A stretch of 64,000 bases of DNA, taken from the NCBI GenBank assembly GCA_040954595.2, contig CM082583.2:9286254-9350253 (forward strand), in the 5' to 3' direction. Position 1 is the first letter of the stretch, and each line of letters begins with the position of its first letter. Shown piece after piece: positions 15,001-29,295 of the stretch. Below the pieces are notes generated by a model, which was given only the letters and a program-made list of their open reading frames with translations, ran no database searches and was not told the DNA's origin. Source of the stretch: Balanoglossus misakiensis (taxonomy: Eukaryota > Animalia > Hemichordata). The position numbers and the translations under genes are program-made.

Positions 15001-18000
15001 TTGAAGCCTTCTAGCCCGTCGTTTAAAATGAGAAATCTGTGTTTCTTTCTGAGAAATCTTTTTTTTCTTCTGATGTTAAATATTGATGTAACACACCTGT
15101 ATCAGCTCCTATAAGAATAGTGTTGACAGTCTTGGTGCGTGCTAGTCTACATACATGTATGCACGTTTCAGTGTCTGTATAATACTTTCTGAAAGAAGTT
15201 CATAAAGAAGAGAGAAGACGAGATATTCTTTATCCATAAAAAGCAATTTTAAACACCTGCTGTAGTTGACATTCACATTAAATTTACTTTCTTTAAATGG
15301 AACTTTTGTACTGTGTTTCATTCGATTAAGGAAATTGTGGAATAGAGTAAGCGTGAAATTCTTCCTGTGGCATATTTTAAGACAAACCTCTTTGGTCTTC
15401 AGCGACCTGACCAATTGGCAAAGGCCTGCAGCGGTGACTGGGTTGTAGAACAATATTTGTTTTCTGTATCATGACGAACGGAAAGCGATGGCGTTCTCCT
15501 GAGTTCCCCGGGTTTTCAAGATTGATCCGGCCAGATGGACCTTGCGGGCATCTGTCAGCTCCCCATTACAGAGAATACAAATCGTCAGCTCAGGTTGTTT
15601 TAGTTGACACACCAGTGGGTATAATGACTGATGCCAATTGACCCCTAAAGCGGTGTTCTCATTACGGCGGCTCTTTGGCCCGTACTTTTTTAACACTGAT
15701 CAAATACCTGGAGTACCGCGTATGCTCATACACCTCTCTCCAACGGGGGAAGTCGCGATTGCAAAGAGGTTTAGATGTCAAAGATCATGTGCTTTTCCCA
15801 ACATTTATTATCTGCACGAGAATGTCTTCCAAGATGTACTTTCCCGGAAACAGAAGAAATATGACTTGTTGAGAGACTTGCAAATGGTTGTATATGCATG
15901 AACACCAGTGATGCAGGATGAAAGTGGATTATGCTTGGGACCCTGAGGCTCCCGACAGCTCCAAATGTGCCATTTCGGTCTTAATATTCACAATATCAGT
16001 AGTGAGACTCATATAATCTTAGTAATGGATCAAGTGCTATCTTAAGACCAGCTAGTACATGTAAATGTATGTTGTTCTCATCTACCGGTACACGTCACAT
16101 GAGTATTGTCAGAGCAATTGTTATAACAATCAACAGGTGGTTGGAGTCATAAGCTCAGTGTCACTCCTCTATAAACTGCCAATACCGATATACCGGTATA
16201 TCATAAACGGTCTTTAAGTTTGGACTAGTCATCCACAACATATATATTGACATGACATGTCCCAGCCATATGACTTAGTGTCTTTGAACATGTCATTAAG
16301 ATGGAAAAGCAGAATCTGCAGTCGACCCGACATCAAAAACGTGGAAAAATTATCCAGAGAATATATTATGTGCACGTGCATGAATTCCCTTTAAAATCTA
16401 TTCACTATAAAATTATAACAACTCAAACCAGTGTATCTTTTAAAAACAGAGATAAAAAATTCAGAAGAGATAGAACAGTCTTGTATCTAGTTTCATGTCT
16501 CTGCAAGATAGCTCTCTCGTTATCTATTTCACATAGATTATTTGCCTTTCAGGTTTTAAAGTATAATGCTTTCCAGAAAGTCAATATCTTTTCAGATAAA
16601 TCTCTGACGACATGTAGAAATCTCATGGATGTAAGAAAGTTGGACGAGAAAACTAGTACCACGTATATCTCTCTGTACTGGATAGCCTTTATTATTAAGC
16701 CAATAAAATTAGCCATACTGACTGTAACAGTGGAATAACTGAATTTGCGATTGGTACGTCTGAACTTGATTCATTAAAAAAAAAGCAAGATGCCTTCTTC
16801 ACTGTTCATTCAATCTGGTCTAAGTTCCTACATAGAACTTCCTTATTAGATTTAACCATTAGCGTACATGGAACTAGTCGAGTTGTTGAGTAAGGAAAGG
16901 CGTTTGCCCAGAATGAGCTAGGCCAGACAAATTTCACAGCAGGGCGATCAATGCAGCTGTATTTGATCGATACACTAGAAGTTTGAAGTTGAAAATACTG
17001 CTCATTATCACAGTGCTGTTTTCCAATGTTTTTGCCGTTTCGTAATAAAGCAATTATGATACGGTATCGCCGAATGTGTGCGCTTGTGTTGTTCGCGCCG
17101 GGGCACTGCAATCCCCCTGACAGTATACAATACACTTTCACATATCACCCTGGTCTTAGCACCATTTATGAGTGAATTCCTGCATTGTTGATGATGTCGT
17201 TCGTCTTCTGTTCAAACGTCATCAGGATGTCAAGGGACGGATTACAGAATGTGGGTTATCTCTACCTGTGTAGTGCGTTTGTTTCACACCTTCCCGAAAT
17301 AGATACCTGGCGCGACCGTCGGGACTCAGGAAATCCATTTCACTGCATTGATGCCCTAAAGCCTGGTACTGCACATGCAGTCATTGCTGTTACAAAGATC
17401 AGGTTCTGACTGAAACATATCAGTTTTGCTGATGAAAGTTGTGGTTGCCACGGTGATTATGGCACATATGGCATATACTGAAAGCATGTTGTCATGGCGA
17501 AGATAGTCGGAGAAAGCAATATAAAAAGTCCTTTCTACCATGAAAAAAACAAGGAAAAGGCTGTGTGTCTCCTTGATATAAATTAGTTTTTGAAATTTCC
17601 AGACACACACAAAAATATTCCCTTCTTCTCTGGATATACCGGTAGGTTGTACTTTTTTAAACTTCAGAATCTATAAGTTTGGCAATTAAATCATCAAAGA
17701 TAGCCGAAACATGCATGGGCTTAAAACACATACCAAAACTCTAGCTGTTTAGTTTTGTGATGACATATCGCCTTCAGGTGGAAATATCACTACGGGTAAA
17801 CAACTATGTGTAAGTATTTCTGATCCTGAACCTCCAGTGGTGCATGCATGCAGTTGTCCCGAGGCCCAGCTGCATTGAACCGTTGCATGTTTTCTAATCT
17901 GAAAGGTTCGCCCGGGAGGAGTTAGTTCCAGCAGCTTCTCCTAAGAAATGTTTATTTCCAATTGAAAAGGGTACACGATAATCCTGGAGCACTGAATGCA

Positions 18001-21000
18001 AAATAATGAATATCCTATCATAAATTTTGTGGACAATCAATGACCTTTTGAAAAATGCGTCTTTCTCGGATGGGTTCGGATTCTGAAGGATATAATAAGT
18101 CATATTAGACTGAATAGTCAGATAGAGATCTCTTATGGTTTTCAGAGTTAAAATTCGAAAAATGGTTCTTCCCACTCACTGCAGATACATCGTGAGGGCT
18201 GCTGCTGCCAGTATAAAATGAAAGTCGTTTGTGAATTATTTGCCCTGACTCACCAAAAGAAGTGATTTCCCCCCCCCCCCTACATATTTTGCCAGTCATT
18301 ATCTTTCACAGTCGTGTGCAATTTACGAAGTACATGTCTGTACTGGAGTGTGGTTATGACACGTACTGTACGGTAAATGAGATGCCCTCCCCAATATCAT
18401 TATACCTTGAAATGCATCATTTTGTGCTGATTTACCATAACAATGGAGGTAATCAGTGATGTAATGCGGACACGGCCACCGGTTTTCTGTGTCCCGTAGG
18501 GCCAGGTACGGCAGTGTGTCACTCAGGGCGGATAGGGGGTCCCCACCACCATGGCTTTAATTGGTTCTCTAGTCAAGTTCAAGTTTGTGTCATTGTGTCA
18601 ATCAAACGCCTGAACAAAAGTTGTGTATTGCAGCACGTCGTGCAGTTCATTTTTCAACTGGGTTTTTGTATAGATAAGGGGGATACGAGGGTGTCTAGCG
18701 ATCTGTCCATAATCATCCGTATCAATGCAATCTGCTTTATGCCATTGAAAAACACACTTTCAATTTTCATTACTTGTGTCAAGGCTTTTCTAACTGAGCT
18801 TCTATTTAGCTGAGGTGCCGAATTTATAGTATAATTTACGAGAACTGTGTCACAGGGTTTAATCAGATCTGCAACCCGGTCTCAGTATATACATGTACAT
18901 ATGTAGGTGAAAGTTTAAAAGTTAAAAGAAAACTGAATAAATTCCTGCTTTCTGTGATTTGTTTTCATAAAATGTAATGTGAGGACAGTTAAAAGTGGTT
19001 TTATTTTATGCATTGCACACGTTTATGGATTTTTTTTGTATTCTGGTGTTCATATAAAAATGTGACTGTTGTTCTTTTGTATGACAGGGATGGAGGTCTC
19101 AGTTGCCAGTACAGGTCATGATAAATTTCAGACGACAGCAATTTATTTTTCTTATATTGACATCACTGAGAAAGCATGGGGAAGAATTTGTGTGATATTT
19201 AATAGTGTCTGAATGATTCGTCATTCTTTATTGCCACTTTATTGGCAGCTGTCGCCTACCGCAAGCTCCTCTAATTCTGACTTTTCACTGATTTCACCAT
19301 TCATCAAGATTCATAAGGTGTCTCGAAGTACTTAGCCTTTGTGTCAATTCAGTGAAATGGATTCTTCTCTATCTTGTCAGATCATCAGCAAGGGGTGAAT
19401 GTGACCCTGATACTGTCTTCTTTCCAATATCATTATACTGAGTGTACTTGAAAGCAGGAAGCTGTGCGTGGATGGCATTCATTTGCTGTGAATTTGAAAC
19501 ATGTTAGTTATACAAAAACCTTAAAATGGGAGGAGTGTCCATGATGCATACGACAGTTTCTGAGCAATTTACATTTTTGTGCCAAGCATTGAGTTTGATT
19601 TGTAGTGGACTAGAGGTTCATTTCTCTGATGTTATCTTCGCATGATGGTATATTAGTCTTTGGCAAGCTTTGAGAAAAGTGAGCTGTAGACATCAGATTT
19701 TACTGTCTACTGGTTCACTTGTTTTCATATCAACGTACGGTACTATTTAGCTATAGAAACTCATCTTTAGGAATTCTTCCCAGGAATAATCTCGTAAATA
19801 CTTGGACAATTTGGCTGTAATCAGCTTTCAGATCTGTGTTTTCAAGTCTGTGGCGCACATATAGCCACCTTGTCTGGACTTTTTGACATATCATTTAGCC
19901 TTTTCACATTGCAGTGCTTTTGCACAGTCAATTAGAAGAAAAAAATGATAGGGATGGCAATGCCTGGGGAGTTTTATCAGGTATTTCCTCTCAAAGTAGA
20001 ATGAGTGAAGCCTTGCCTTTGGGACTTCAATCGTCTGATATGTCTGGCAAGAGTGGCGTTCACGTTTTTTTTTATGTTTCAGTGTGTCCCCGTGAACATA
20101 AGTGCATTGGCATGTTGAAATTTGTATAACTGCATGAATTTATAGGGTGATTGTAGATTTATAAATTCAAGAAAGCAAACTAGAGAATTTTGTTTAGTGT
20201 TGCTGCACGTAATAGGATATATACAGAACACATTTGGCTGTACGTTCACCATCAGAATGATTCTAGATAGCATTTTAATGATTAAAGAACGTGGCTTCAG
20301 CAAAATACTGAATGATGACTGTCCTTGGCGTGGTCAATCACACCTCCTCTGATGGCTGCTACCTTGGCCAGCTTCTTGTAACAGTTTCTTGATACTTCCA
20401 CTTACAGTTCTGAGAATTGACCCATCAACGTGTCAGCCCATCAAACACATATCTCCCTCAGTGTTAGGAAATGAGCTTATACATATAGTGCCTGGCGCAT
20501 GCTCATCAGAGCCATCGAATGCAAAAAACAAAATGGCACAGTACGACGGCTTCATTAACCCTGTAACCTTCTCACCGCCATTGTCAGCGTTTTATCGGCG
20601 TCACAAAATGTATCTCTGCATCATCTTTTATTGAAGAAGTGATCTTGTGTCACATTCACGCGTCGCTTCAAGGATAATGCCGCCTTCTTGGAACTAACGT
20701 GAATTTTGAAAAGGTTCACTTACACCCATAGAAATTTATGTTAAAAAGTAAACTCATCACGCGCTTTTATCTTTGTCGGAATGTCATAACAATAACAAAT
20801 TTTTAAAAGTGGATGAAAAAACGCTGTAATTTGCATCACGTCAATTATAAGCGGTGTATTCTGTTTGTGAAAAAGCTTTTTTCTTGTTTGAATTGTCTTT
20901 TGATGGCCGTGTTATTTGATTGATGGTTTTCATTAAATTCTACTTTGGTTACAATGCCTGAACACACAAACAAATTAGTTTTCTGGGAACGCTGGTGTAT

Positions 21001-22500
21001 CAAGTTGTGTATTCCATGCAAATGATGAGTGTCGCCACTTTTCAACTCCCCTGCGACGGAAACAAATACACTTTTCAAACTCGAGCCACAGTGTTGGTGT
21101 AAGCTGTACCAATGATCGAAAATAGGTACAATGCTGTCAGACACACATTTAAGTTTTATTGCAAAAGGTGAATAGTGCAGTCAACTCCAATGTAGCTTGC
21201 GGTGCCTTTGACATTTGATGAACTTGGCCTTGAGAGACAATTACATGTAACTCTGATGTTCTTGTATTGATACAAGTTATTGCAAAAAAGATTGCGCGGA
21301 CTGAATATGACATCAAAACGAAATTACAAAATTTGTTTCTGACAGCTTAATAAATATTTTGACTGTAATATAGACTGATTTATTGATGACCGTCACTAAA
21401 CTGACACCTGTGAAATTAGACTGGTGTCAAATATCAAGTGCTTTGAAATAGCACCATTGACTATTTTCACCTGGTCATTTTTAATGATTTTTTTTTTGGT
21501 TGAAAATTTTCAGATCAATCATGTCCCTTGATATTCTCCCTTATTGGTTAATGTTGTGTCAGTGTTATGCAAATGAATGCAGTCTTTATAAGTTTACGTA
21601 TTGACGTCGTGGAAAAACCCTGAACCATACTTAATTCATCTGCAGGTCTTTATGAAATGCAGCGACCCTGTCAGTTAGCATGCTTGAAAAGTCTTGCAAA
21701 TTACCAACGCTATACTTCTGACCTTTCTGTAGCTGAAAAAAATTATCTTAATCTGTCAGCCGTAGCTGAGTGTAAAATAAATTATCAACCTTGAAGAAAA
21801 GGGACGATAATTGCAGGATTTTTTGAAATGATGGACAGCTGGCGTCATTTGGACCGCGACTGATTCTGTGTGATTATATTTACACCAGCAGTTCCATCAT
21901 CAACAGGTATTCATAGTATGCATCAGACAAAATTGATGTACATTTTGAATTCAATAATTTGGAGGGATTCCAATGTTGATTATGTAAATCTCCAGTGTTG
22001 AATGCCTTAGAGGTACACAATTTTGCTCCAACACATTCATTCAGCAAATTTGGTACATTGTCCACTTTTGCTTTTTATTCAAATCGAGATTTCATTGAGT
22101 GTCTTTGTAAATGAAAACATGTTTTGACTGAAAAAATAAAATCGTAGGCTGTAAAATTATGAGGTTATAGTTGCCGATAGCACATGTATCATCAACCAAA
22201 GCTGAAACTTAAACTTTTTGCTGGCATTTACATGTTGACATTTCAGTTTGCGGGGAAAAGTTATAAATCTCCTTGTCTTCTTTTGTACCCTAGCTTATAA
22301 GCTGGTTTATTAGTAGTTTTTAATGAAATATTGATAAGCCTGAGATATGTAGTATATATGGTAAGCAGTTTATATAGTCTCTCGAGGTGCCCAGTAGATT
22401 AATACAACAGGCCCATTATTTTTACACAGATAAAATATTCATCCATCTGTGTTGATTCCTTGAGGGCTCTCACACTCACTGGGTACTTTTCTTAGTTAAC

Positions 22501-22549
22501 AGTATCCCAGGTGGTACATGTAAGTATCCCAGGTGGTACATTTAAGTAT
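22501..22549. repeat. 22-bp tandem duplication
   Basis: AGTATCCCAGGTGGTACATkTA x2 plus a partial third copy. Confidence 0.85.
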
Positions 22550-25500
22550 ATATCCTCCCATATTTGATATCATACCGTATATAACAAGGTGATCCCCAGT
22601 CCCACCGGGCAGAGATACTGGCCTGTCCCTTAACATCATGCCGTCGTTCTGTGACGGATAAAATTGTTTCAATCAATTCCTGGAGAGGTATACGTCATTT
22701 GTCGTGTAACTATATGTGCAGTCACCATTGAAATTTGGGCAGTGGGTGAAAGTGAATTGAATGGAGCAGATGATGCACAGATTATGACCTGCTTCATTTG
22801 ATGATTCAGATGCTGGTGTCAATAATCACCTCAGAAGTGCCACTTCTGCTCTGCCAGATTAGAAGAATTTCTAATTGCGCAGGGAGTTTTTTCACGGTCC
22901 AATCAGTGACGCACCACTCTTTTTAGCATCTCCTCAAATTAAGCGCTAGTTGAACTCTGATCTTTTCTTGTTTTATTATAAAAGTGAAATCTTTGGAAAA
23001 AAGTATCTGGTGTTTACCATTGCATTGACATTGGAGGAATTACAATGTCATGTTGAGCAATTGGAGATCAGTGTGTGAATAAATAACACTGATGCGATGA
23101 AAGGAGCTTGAACAGAAATGTGCTTTTGTCTGCAGTAATGCAGGTCCAGTGTGTTTTGGAAATCCCGTTTTGACAACATAATAAAACCTGTCTTTCTCTA
23201 TCTCCTCGTTAAACACTGACGGCATCTCAAATCCCATCCTCAATTGTAATTTACGGTCAGTCACTATGACAATTCTTGTTGTTTTGCTGCTCTCGAACAA
23301 TAATTATGATTTATCCCCACTGCCAAGGGTTGCTAGGTGACCACTGTTGCCCAAGGGTGGATATAGAGGATGGAGGGATTAAATCAGAAGTAGGGAGGGG
23401 GGGGGCTTTTACCCCTCAAATGCAGCATGAAGGAAAATCTGGCATTTTCGCATGTGTGATAAATAAGACATGATTTTAGAAGCTTCAAGGGTTGCCAAGC
23501 TGCCGTATAATATTATTGTTTAAGAGCCTGTGTCATTGAATAGCAGTTACATGTATGTACATGTAGGTTGAGGACTATGTTTAAATCATCTCCAAACCTG
23601 CCATTTCAGCATAAAGTTAATATTCTGCTCCCAAAAGAAATCTGATGAATTTGTTACCGAGTTGAGATGAATTAACATTATATTGTGATCATTGTAGCAT
23701 GAAATCTCATTTCATGATATACATTTTCCGCTGAATGTTATCTCAGTACAGTTCCCAGAAGTATCCAGTATTGGCCATTGAAACACAACAAAAGTAACAG
23801 TCAGCCGAGGCTGTGTATAGATCGATCTCTGTCTCACTCCCTGCGCAACACTAGACAAGGGAATGATCTAACTCCCATGTGACCTCCAGTCTCTTCCCAT
23901 CAAGGTCAGTTAGCTGTAGGTCATCCTATGTCATAGTCACTGGGTGGGCTTAGTGTGTTAATTTGGTCAGCCCACAACACCGCCTCATTACTGTCTCAAT
24001 AGGTGGTCTATTTATCCTTCACAGTTGTTGCCATGGCAATGTTTGGCATCTTTTATGTTCGCTAATGAAATGTATAATCCGGCTCAGCAGAATATGGTGT
24101 CTATAAATATAGCTGCTGTTTGTAATTGTAGAAAAGAACAGGAAAAAAAGTTTATGTTTGGATTTGGGATTTTTTTATAATTTAAAAGGATTTCACCATC
24201 AAAGTATTTTTTATAGACCCTTAATTATTTAGAGAGATTCTGGGAACAAGCATTCATATTACTAGATATGAATCACAATGACAAGCTAAATCTAATTAGC
24301 AAATGTTAGTGTATTCATAATTCAACATTTCCTAGCAAATGTTTCAAACCAGGGATGTCGAAAAACTTAATTGTGTCCTTCTAATGCTCAAAAATATGAA
24401 TTCGCTTTTGACTATATTGATCAGATACTATCGGATTCATCTTCGATTAGAATGCATGATTACCTACCGGCTCTTGCAATTTGTAACACGAGACACTCAG
24501 ACAGCTAGAGTTTCTGCAGAGCTCCCGGACTAATATGTAACATTAAACATTGCTTGGGCAATAACTATCCGCATATGTACGGTAGTGCGCACCTCGAAAA
24601 TCAGTCTGAAGCATTTTATCATCATATTTTGCTCAAGGCAACTTTAGATTAATCCTTTCTTTAAAATTGAGAGTAAAAGTTGGGGGTCACCATGCAAATT
24701 TTTGAAACTGTAAAAAAATTTTAAAGGGAAAATTTTCATTCTGAAATGTTGGTTGTATTTTGGTTTATCTTCTCAAATGAATTATCCAGTCTTAAAAAGA
24801 TAACACAATTCTTGTTTAAACTGATGATAAAAATGCAAGCGTCACCAATTATGCTCCATTAGCTCTTAAACATCCTTGGCAGAGGAAACAGTTTACGTTA
24901 ACAAAGTTAGACGTGAACATAATGATATTTTTTCTCTAGGTTTTTTGAGAAAAATGTTTTATGTTGAAGTATAGTACTTCACCTTACAAGAAGAGTTTAG
25001 TTATTTGTGGAAATTATGATGAAAACCTACACGTGACTGTCAGGGAAAAAGATGTGGGGGTGGTAATGGGCTCTCAAAGTTATGGTTTTCTTTTCTTTTC
25101 ATAACAAGTAATTTGTTTCCACAGCAACTCAGGGGTTCTTTTTTGGTATCAATTAACCGAAAGAAAACTTCACTCATAGTGAATGGTTCTGTGGTCAGTG
25201 CATCCAATAAAAAAGTGCCTGTTATTTGATTTTGCTCCAGCGTATCAAAGGCATATTTTTTCTTTTCAAATCTGCGAGCATGAAATTTCTTCTCAGATCA
25301 CGTCGGCATGGGAATATGAAAGAGCAGCTCTGTGTTTCCTTGTTTGGTAGACTGGATAAATGATCTTATCAAGCGACTTCAGATAAACAGTCAAGAATGG
25401 CAGCTCTTTGCCACAAACGTTGTGTCTCCTCACATTTCATTTGCAATTCAGAATTCACAGTGATTCCTGATATCTCACGCTCCCCCCTCCTAGACTGCAT

Positions 25501-26630
25501 ATCTTATCGCTTCTCTTGTAAATTCACAAATGCATTTACTTTCAGTTTGTCTTGCTACTGGGGTGGGTGTATTAACTTTTTAGTTCATCGCGATAAAAAA
25601 AATTGAGCCAATTTTGCCCGTCGAAAAATCTGCTGGATTTATTCATTGCCAAATATTCAGACTGTCCTAATTTGAAAGAGATTATCACAGCATTCTGTTG
25701 ACCCATTATCACCCCTATTTTCCAGTTCACTGGTCCAGTCTCACTGTTGAAAATAACTGGATTACACCGTAGCATGGGGGGGATACATGTACAACATCAC
25801 GATCAATATACCATCTCAGAACAACAGAGTTTTATTTTTTTATATTTTAAAACAAAAACAGCATTGACTTATATTCCAGTGAGAGTCCATAATCAGAGGA
25901 AATTACTTCATATGAACAATTCTGAAGTAACATCCTCACCATTGCCAAATTCTCTCCTGAGCACACCTTGTTTCCATAGCAACCTCATGTTTCTCATTTG
26001 ACAGTGCGGCAGCTGGGTAACACTAATAATATTTCTAATGGATTGTACCTGAAATCAATGTTAGTATATTGGCTTTTTTTGTTGAGAAGAAAATGACTTG
26101 TCGAGTTTAATTTCCCTGATTGGTACGCCTTTGAAGGAAAGTTTCTAAGCTCGTCAATTCTGCGCATATTAGATATCGATAACTTGAGTAAATTTCATCT
26201 CTGATAAAGTAGAAGTGCATTTTGTCAAGGTTGGCTGAGAGAGTGGAGGAAAGTGCATCATGGGAAATCTCAAGACTGACACTGGCTAAGCATTCAAGTA
26301 TAAGATGTGTGACAATAAAAGTCTAAAATTGTTTTTCTTTACTTTTTGTTTAAACAACAAATCCCAAATGTAGAGGAAATTATGGTAGCACTGTTTAATT
26401 GACTGCATGCAAGTGCCTGGGAGCATAAAAACTGTGCAGAATCAGTGTCTGCTGAATTTCATATCTGACCCAATCTGAAAACAGGGAATTGAACACATTT
26501 ATTAGTGCATTGCACTCCTGATAAACCGAGGTTCTGAGAATGCACAATATGACGTGCTACGTACATCACATGTGTTCTAAAAGTATATTTATAATTAACA
26601 CAATTTTTCTCTCTCATTTTCATTGAATAG

Positions 26631-26760
26631 ATTCCGTCTGGTTCGTTGCAGAGGAGAATTTTGCGGCGTCAGTGCACACTGCCAATATTACGATCAGCAA
26701 ACACATATCGTCATGGTGCCCTGCAGTTGATGATTCACACCATAGACCCAATCAGTGAAA
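26631..26760 (+). CDS. NCKX: NCKX (SLC24) K+-dependent Na+/Ca2+ exchanger, internal exon (start of cytoplasmic loop)
   Basis: Pyrimidine tract + ATAG acceptor and GTAAGT donor. Translates IPSGSLQRRILRRQCTLPILRSANTYRHGALQLMIHTIDPISE, containing the NCKX1/2-type QLMIHTxDP motif. Phase-1 end joins the next exon in frame. Confidence 0.9.
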
Positions 26761-27117
26761 GTAAGTTCAGCATATATCAGTGAAAATAATTCTCTTAAAA
26801 GTCAGTGATCTTTAGCGTACTTAATATAGAAGCCCCCCTACTGAGGCTGATCATTGAGAGGTGTTAGCCAGACAATGAGAGACAAGGATGTGTGCAGACG
26901 ATATTGTGACATCTTGAGGTGTAGGCCACTTCCTTTAACCTTGATATTAATTCCCTCAGGATTAGGACGTGTTGTTGGATGATCTACTGGGAAATATCGT
27001 TTAGGCTGATACTAAACTGCGATCAAAGATGGGGATGATATATGTCATGCATGCTTTCATCATTTTCCGTTATGCAATTATATGACAGTAAGCGTGCTGA
27101 TTATTTCGTTCCTTCAG

Positions 27118-27599
27118 GAGATCTCAACGACAAAGCGGTCAAGTTACACGCTTTGGCCGGCAACCACTCGGGCGACGAACAGAATTGCGACACCAAGGAG
27201 GACCCGGAGAGCGGCGGCGGAGGTGGTGGTGAGCAGCCGGTCAGAAACGGCGTCGGCATCGGATCCGGAAACCCCGACAACTATGCATCCACAATGTCAA
27301 TCATCAACTCGGAGCATCTTCCAGAGCAGAGCTCGCCCGACGGACGGGGCAAGGAGCGACACCAGAGCGAATCGACGGACAACAGCACGGACCAGACGGC
27401 GGCGAGCCAGCAACAGGTGCAGCGCCACCGGTCCCAGGACGCCTCCTCCAACGCCACGCAGATCACAACAGTGGACACACCCCTGGACACACCCCAGGAC
27501 ACACCGCCGGCGTCTCAGAATCACGGCCGGCAACCCATGGGAAGTTCGACTAGCCAGTTTGAGAGGGTCAATGCCACGACACTGAATCTACCCACGCAG
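27118..27599 (+). CDS. NCKX: NCKX internal exon, low-complexity cytoplasmic loop
   Basis: ttccttcag acceptor and CAG|GTATTA donor. GC-rich open frame (ORF 27042..27674) DLNDKAVKLHAL...NLPTQ. Phases 1 to 0 fit both neighbours. Confidence 0.85.
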
Positions 27600-29154
27600 G
27601 TATTAAAATTGGCTGTTCGAAACTGCATGAATTATCTCGATCAAAAATTGAATATGTACATTTCTGCCAGCTAAAGGTCATCCAGATTTGAACAATGTGT
27701 ATACTTTTTCTGAATTATGTGTACCGTAATAACCATTGAAGCTTACACAGACATACTCATTTAATTTTATTCACACTCCAGATCATCTATGTCCAAACCA
27801 CGTCCATTTAATAATATGCAATTATCTGCCAAATTTCATGTTGCCATGGTTGTACCCTGGTCCAACAATAGCTGTTGCAGTGTCTGTTATGGTTGTAAGA
27901 AAAAATGTCAGAGAGTTATTCAAATCGAACCGTGATGTCAGCATTCAAATCGTAACACTGCAGATGTATTTATATAATCTGAACATTGTGATAAATGCAC
28001 CAGTGTTGCTAGGATACCAGTCTTATTCCCCTGGTACATCTTAACACGAGACTTTAATATAATACAGTCCACTATTTTTGGTTGTGGTATTTTATCCCGC
28101 AAGTCAGAATTTTCTTTTTTGTAATTTCTGTAGTGGCACATTGTCCATCCCCATGGCGATCGCTGGTTAGTTCGCAACCGTAGAAATATATGCGTGTTGA
28201 TCGTGGTGCAATATTGTGATTGGAAGGAGAGATTACGGCAATGACGTGGTTGTGTAAATAGAAATGAACGATATTGATTCTTGTAATTTACCTTTTATTG
28301 GGAATGCAAATATCCATTACCTGAGGTCTGGCACACCTGGGTACCGTGTGCAGGAATTGCATTTCTGACGGAAATATGGAAGTGTCTGAAATATATGTCT
28401 GTATATGTAGCAGCAGCTTCGGAAAATCAGCTGAAAAAGCAATCGATGTACACTTTATGCCAGTACGTCATACTATGATGTCATGACGTTCATGAATTTA
28501 GAAGTACAATGTATTGTTGGTCAAAGGGAAATCACAGTCACACGTCCATTTAAACTGTATACAGTTTGCTGTGCTAAGACACTGCCCCACAAAGTTTTTG
28601 ATAATCATGCAGAATATATTCTCTCACTAGTGGGGCATAATATGTCCGGTAGGCTGGCCTTTTTATATACACATGGAAGTCATACATCCATTTGAATAAG
28701 TCTTAAATCAAGGATAAACTTTAAGACTAAGTGCCCACTCTTTTTTTTAATTACTTGGAAGGTGTGTTCCCACCTGAATAGCTTTTGTGCGACAATTTTT
28801 TACCATATCAGTTTTCTTTGTGAATGTATGTAGTATACGCCACGAAAGTCGCTGATGACGACAATTCAGTATTGTTCGAATTTTTTTATTGTTTCCCTTT
28901 TTCAGATGATGTTGCTCATTAAAAGGGCAAAGACCTCACTTCTGTCGTTTTCTGTCTGTTGATTCAAGATCCCAGCTTGTCTGGCTGAAAAGATCGTCAA
29001 ATATGAAAATGCTACACCAGCTGGCATGGTCTATGAATGTGCATGATTAAAATCACGACCCACTGAGCTTTTCATTTTTCATTTCTATATTGAAGAAATT
29101 TTTCAAGCTATTCCCCGAGAGTGATTTTTTTTTCTTCTTCAAATTTTTTTCCAG

Positions 29155-29295
29155 CAACCGCCACAGGAGGAAGAGGATATTGAAGAGCCCCTGGACTTGT
29201 CTTGGCCAAAATCATGGAAGAAGAGACTGACGTACATGATTCTGATGCCGATAGTCTTTCCACTGTGGGTGACACTGCCAGACGTCAGACGACCG
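29155..29295 (+). CDS. NCKX: NCKX internal exon (end of loop)
   Basis: tttttttccag acceptor and GTAAAT donor. [47 protein letters not shown] matches the NCKX PLxLxWP...TLPDVR motif. Confidence 0.95.

Noticed and set aside
15638-15901. MLIHLSPTGE resembling the NCKX LMIHTIDP motif (possible duplicated alternative exon)
   Set aside because: Similarity is too weak and there are no matching splice sites.
24578-24720. Possible transposon terminus (GGTAGTGCGCACCTCGAAAA...)
   Set aside because: No partner inverted repeat or second copy found in the window.
27082-27585. 167-aa Arg-rich alternative-frame ORF and antisense ORFs over the NCKX loop exon
   Set aside because: Shadow ORFs of a GC-rich exon. 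Only the DLNDKAV frame fits the splice phases.
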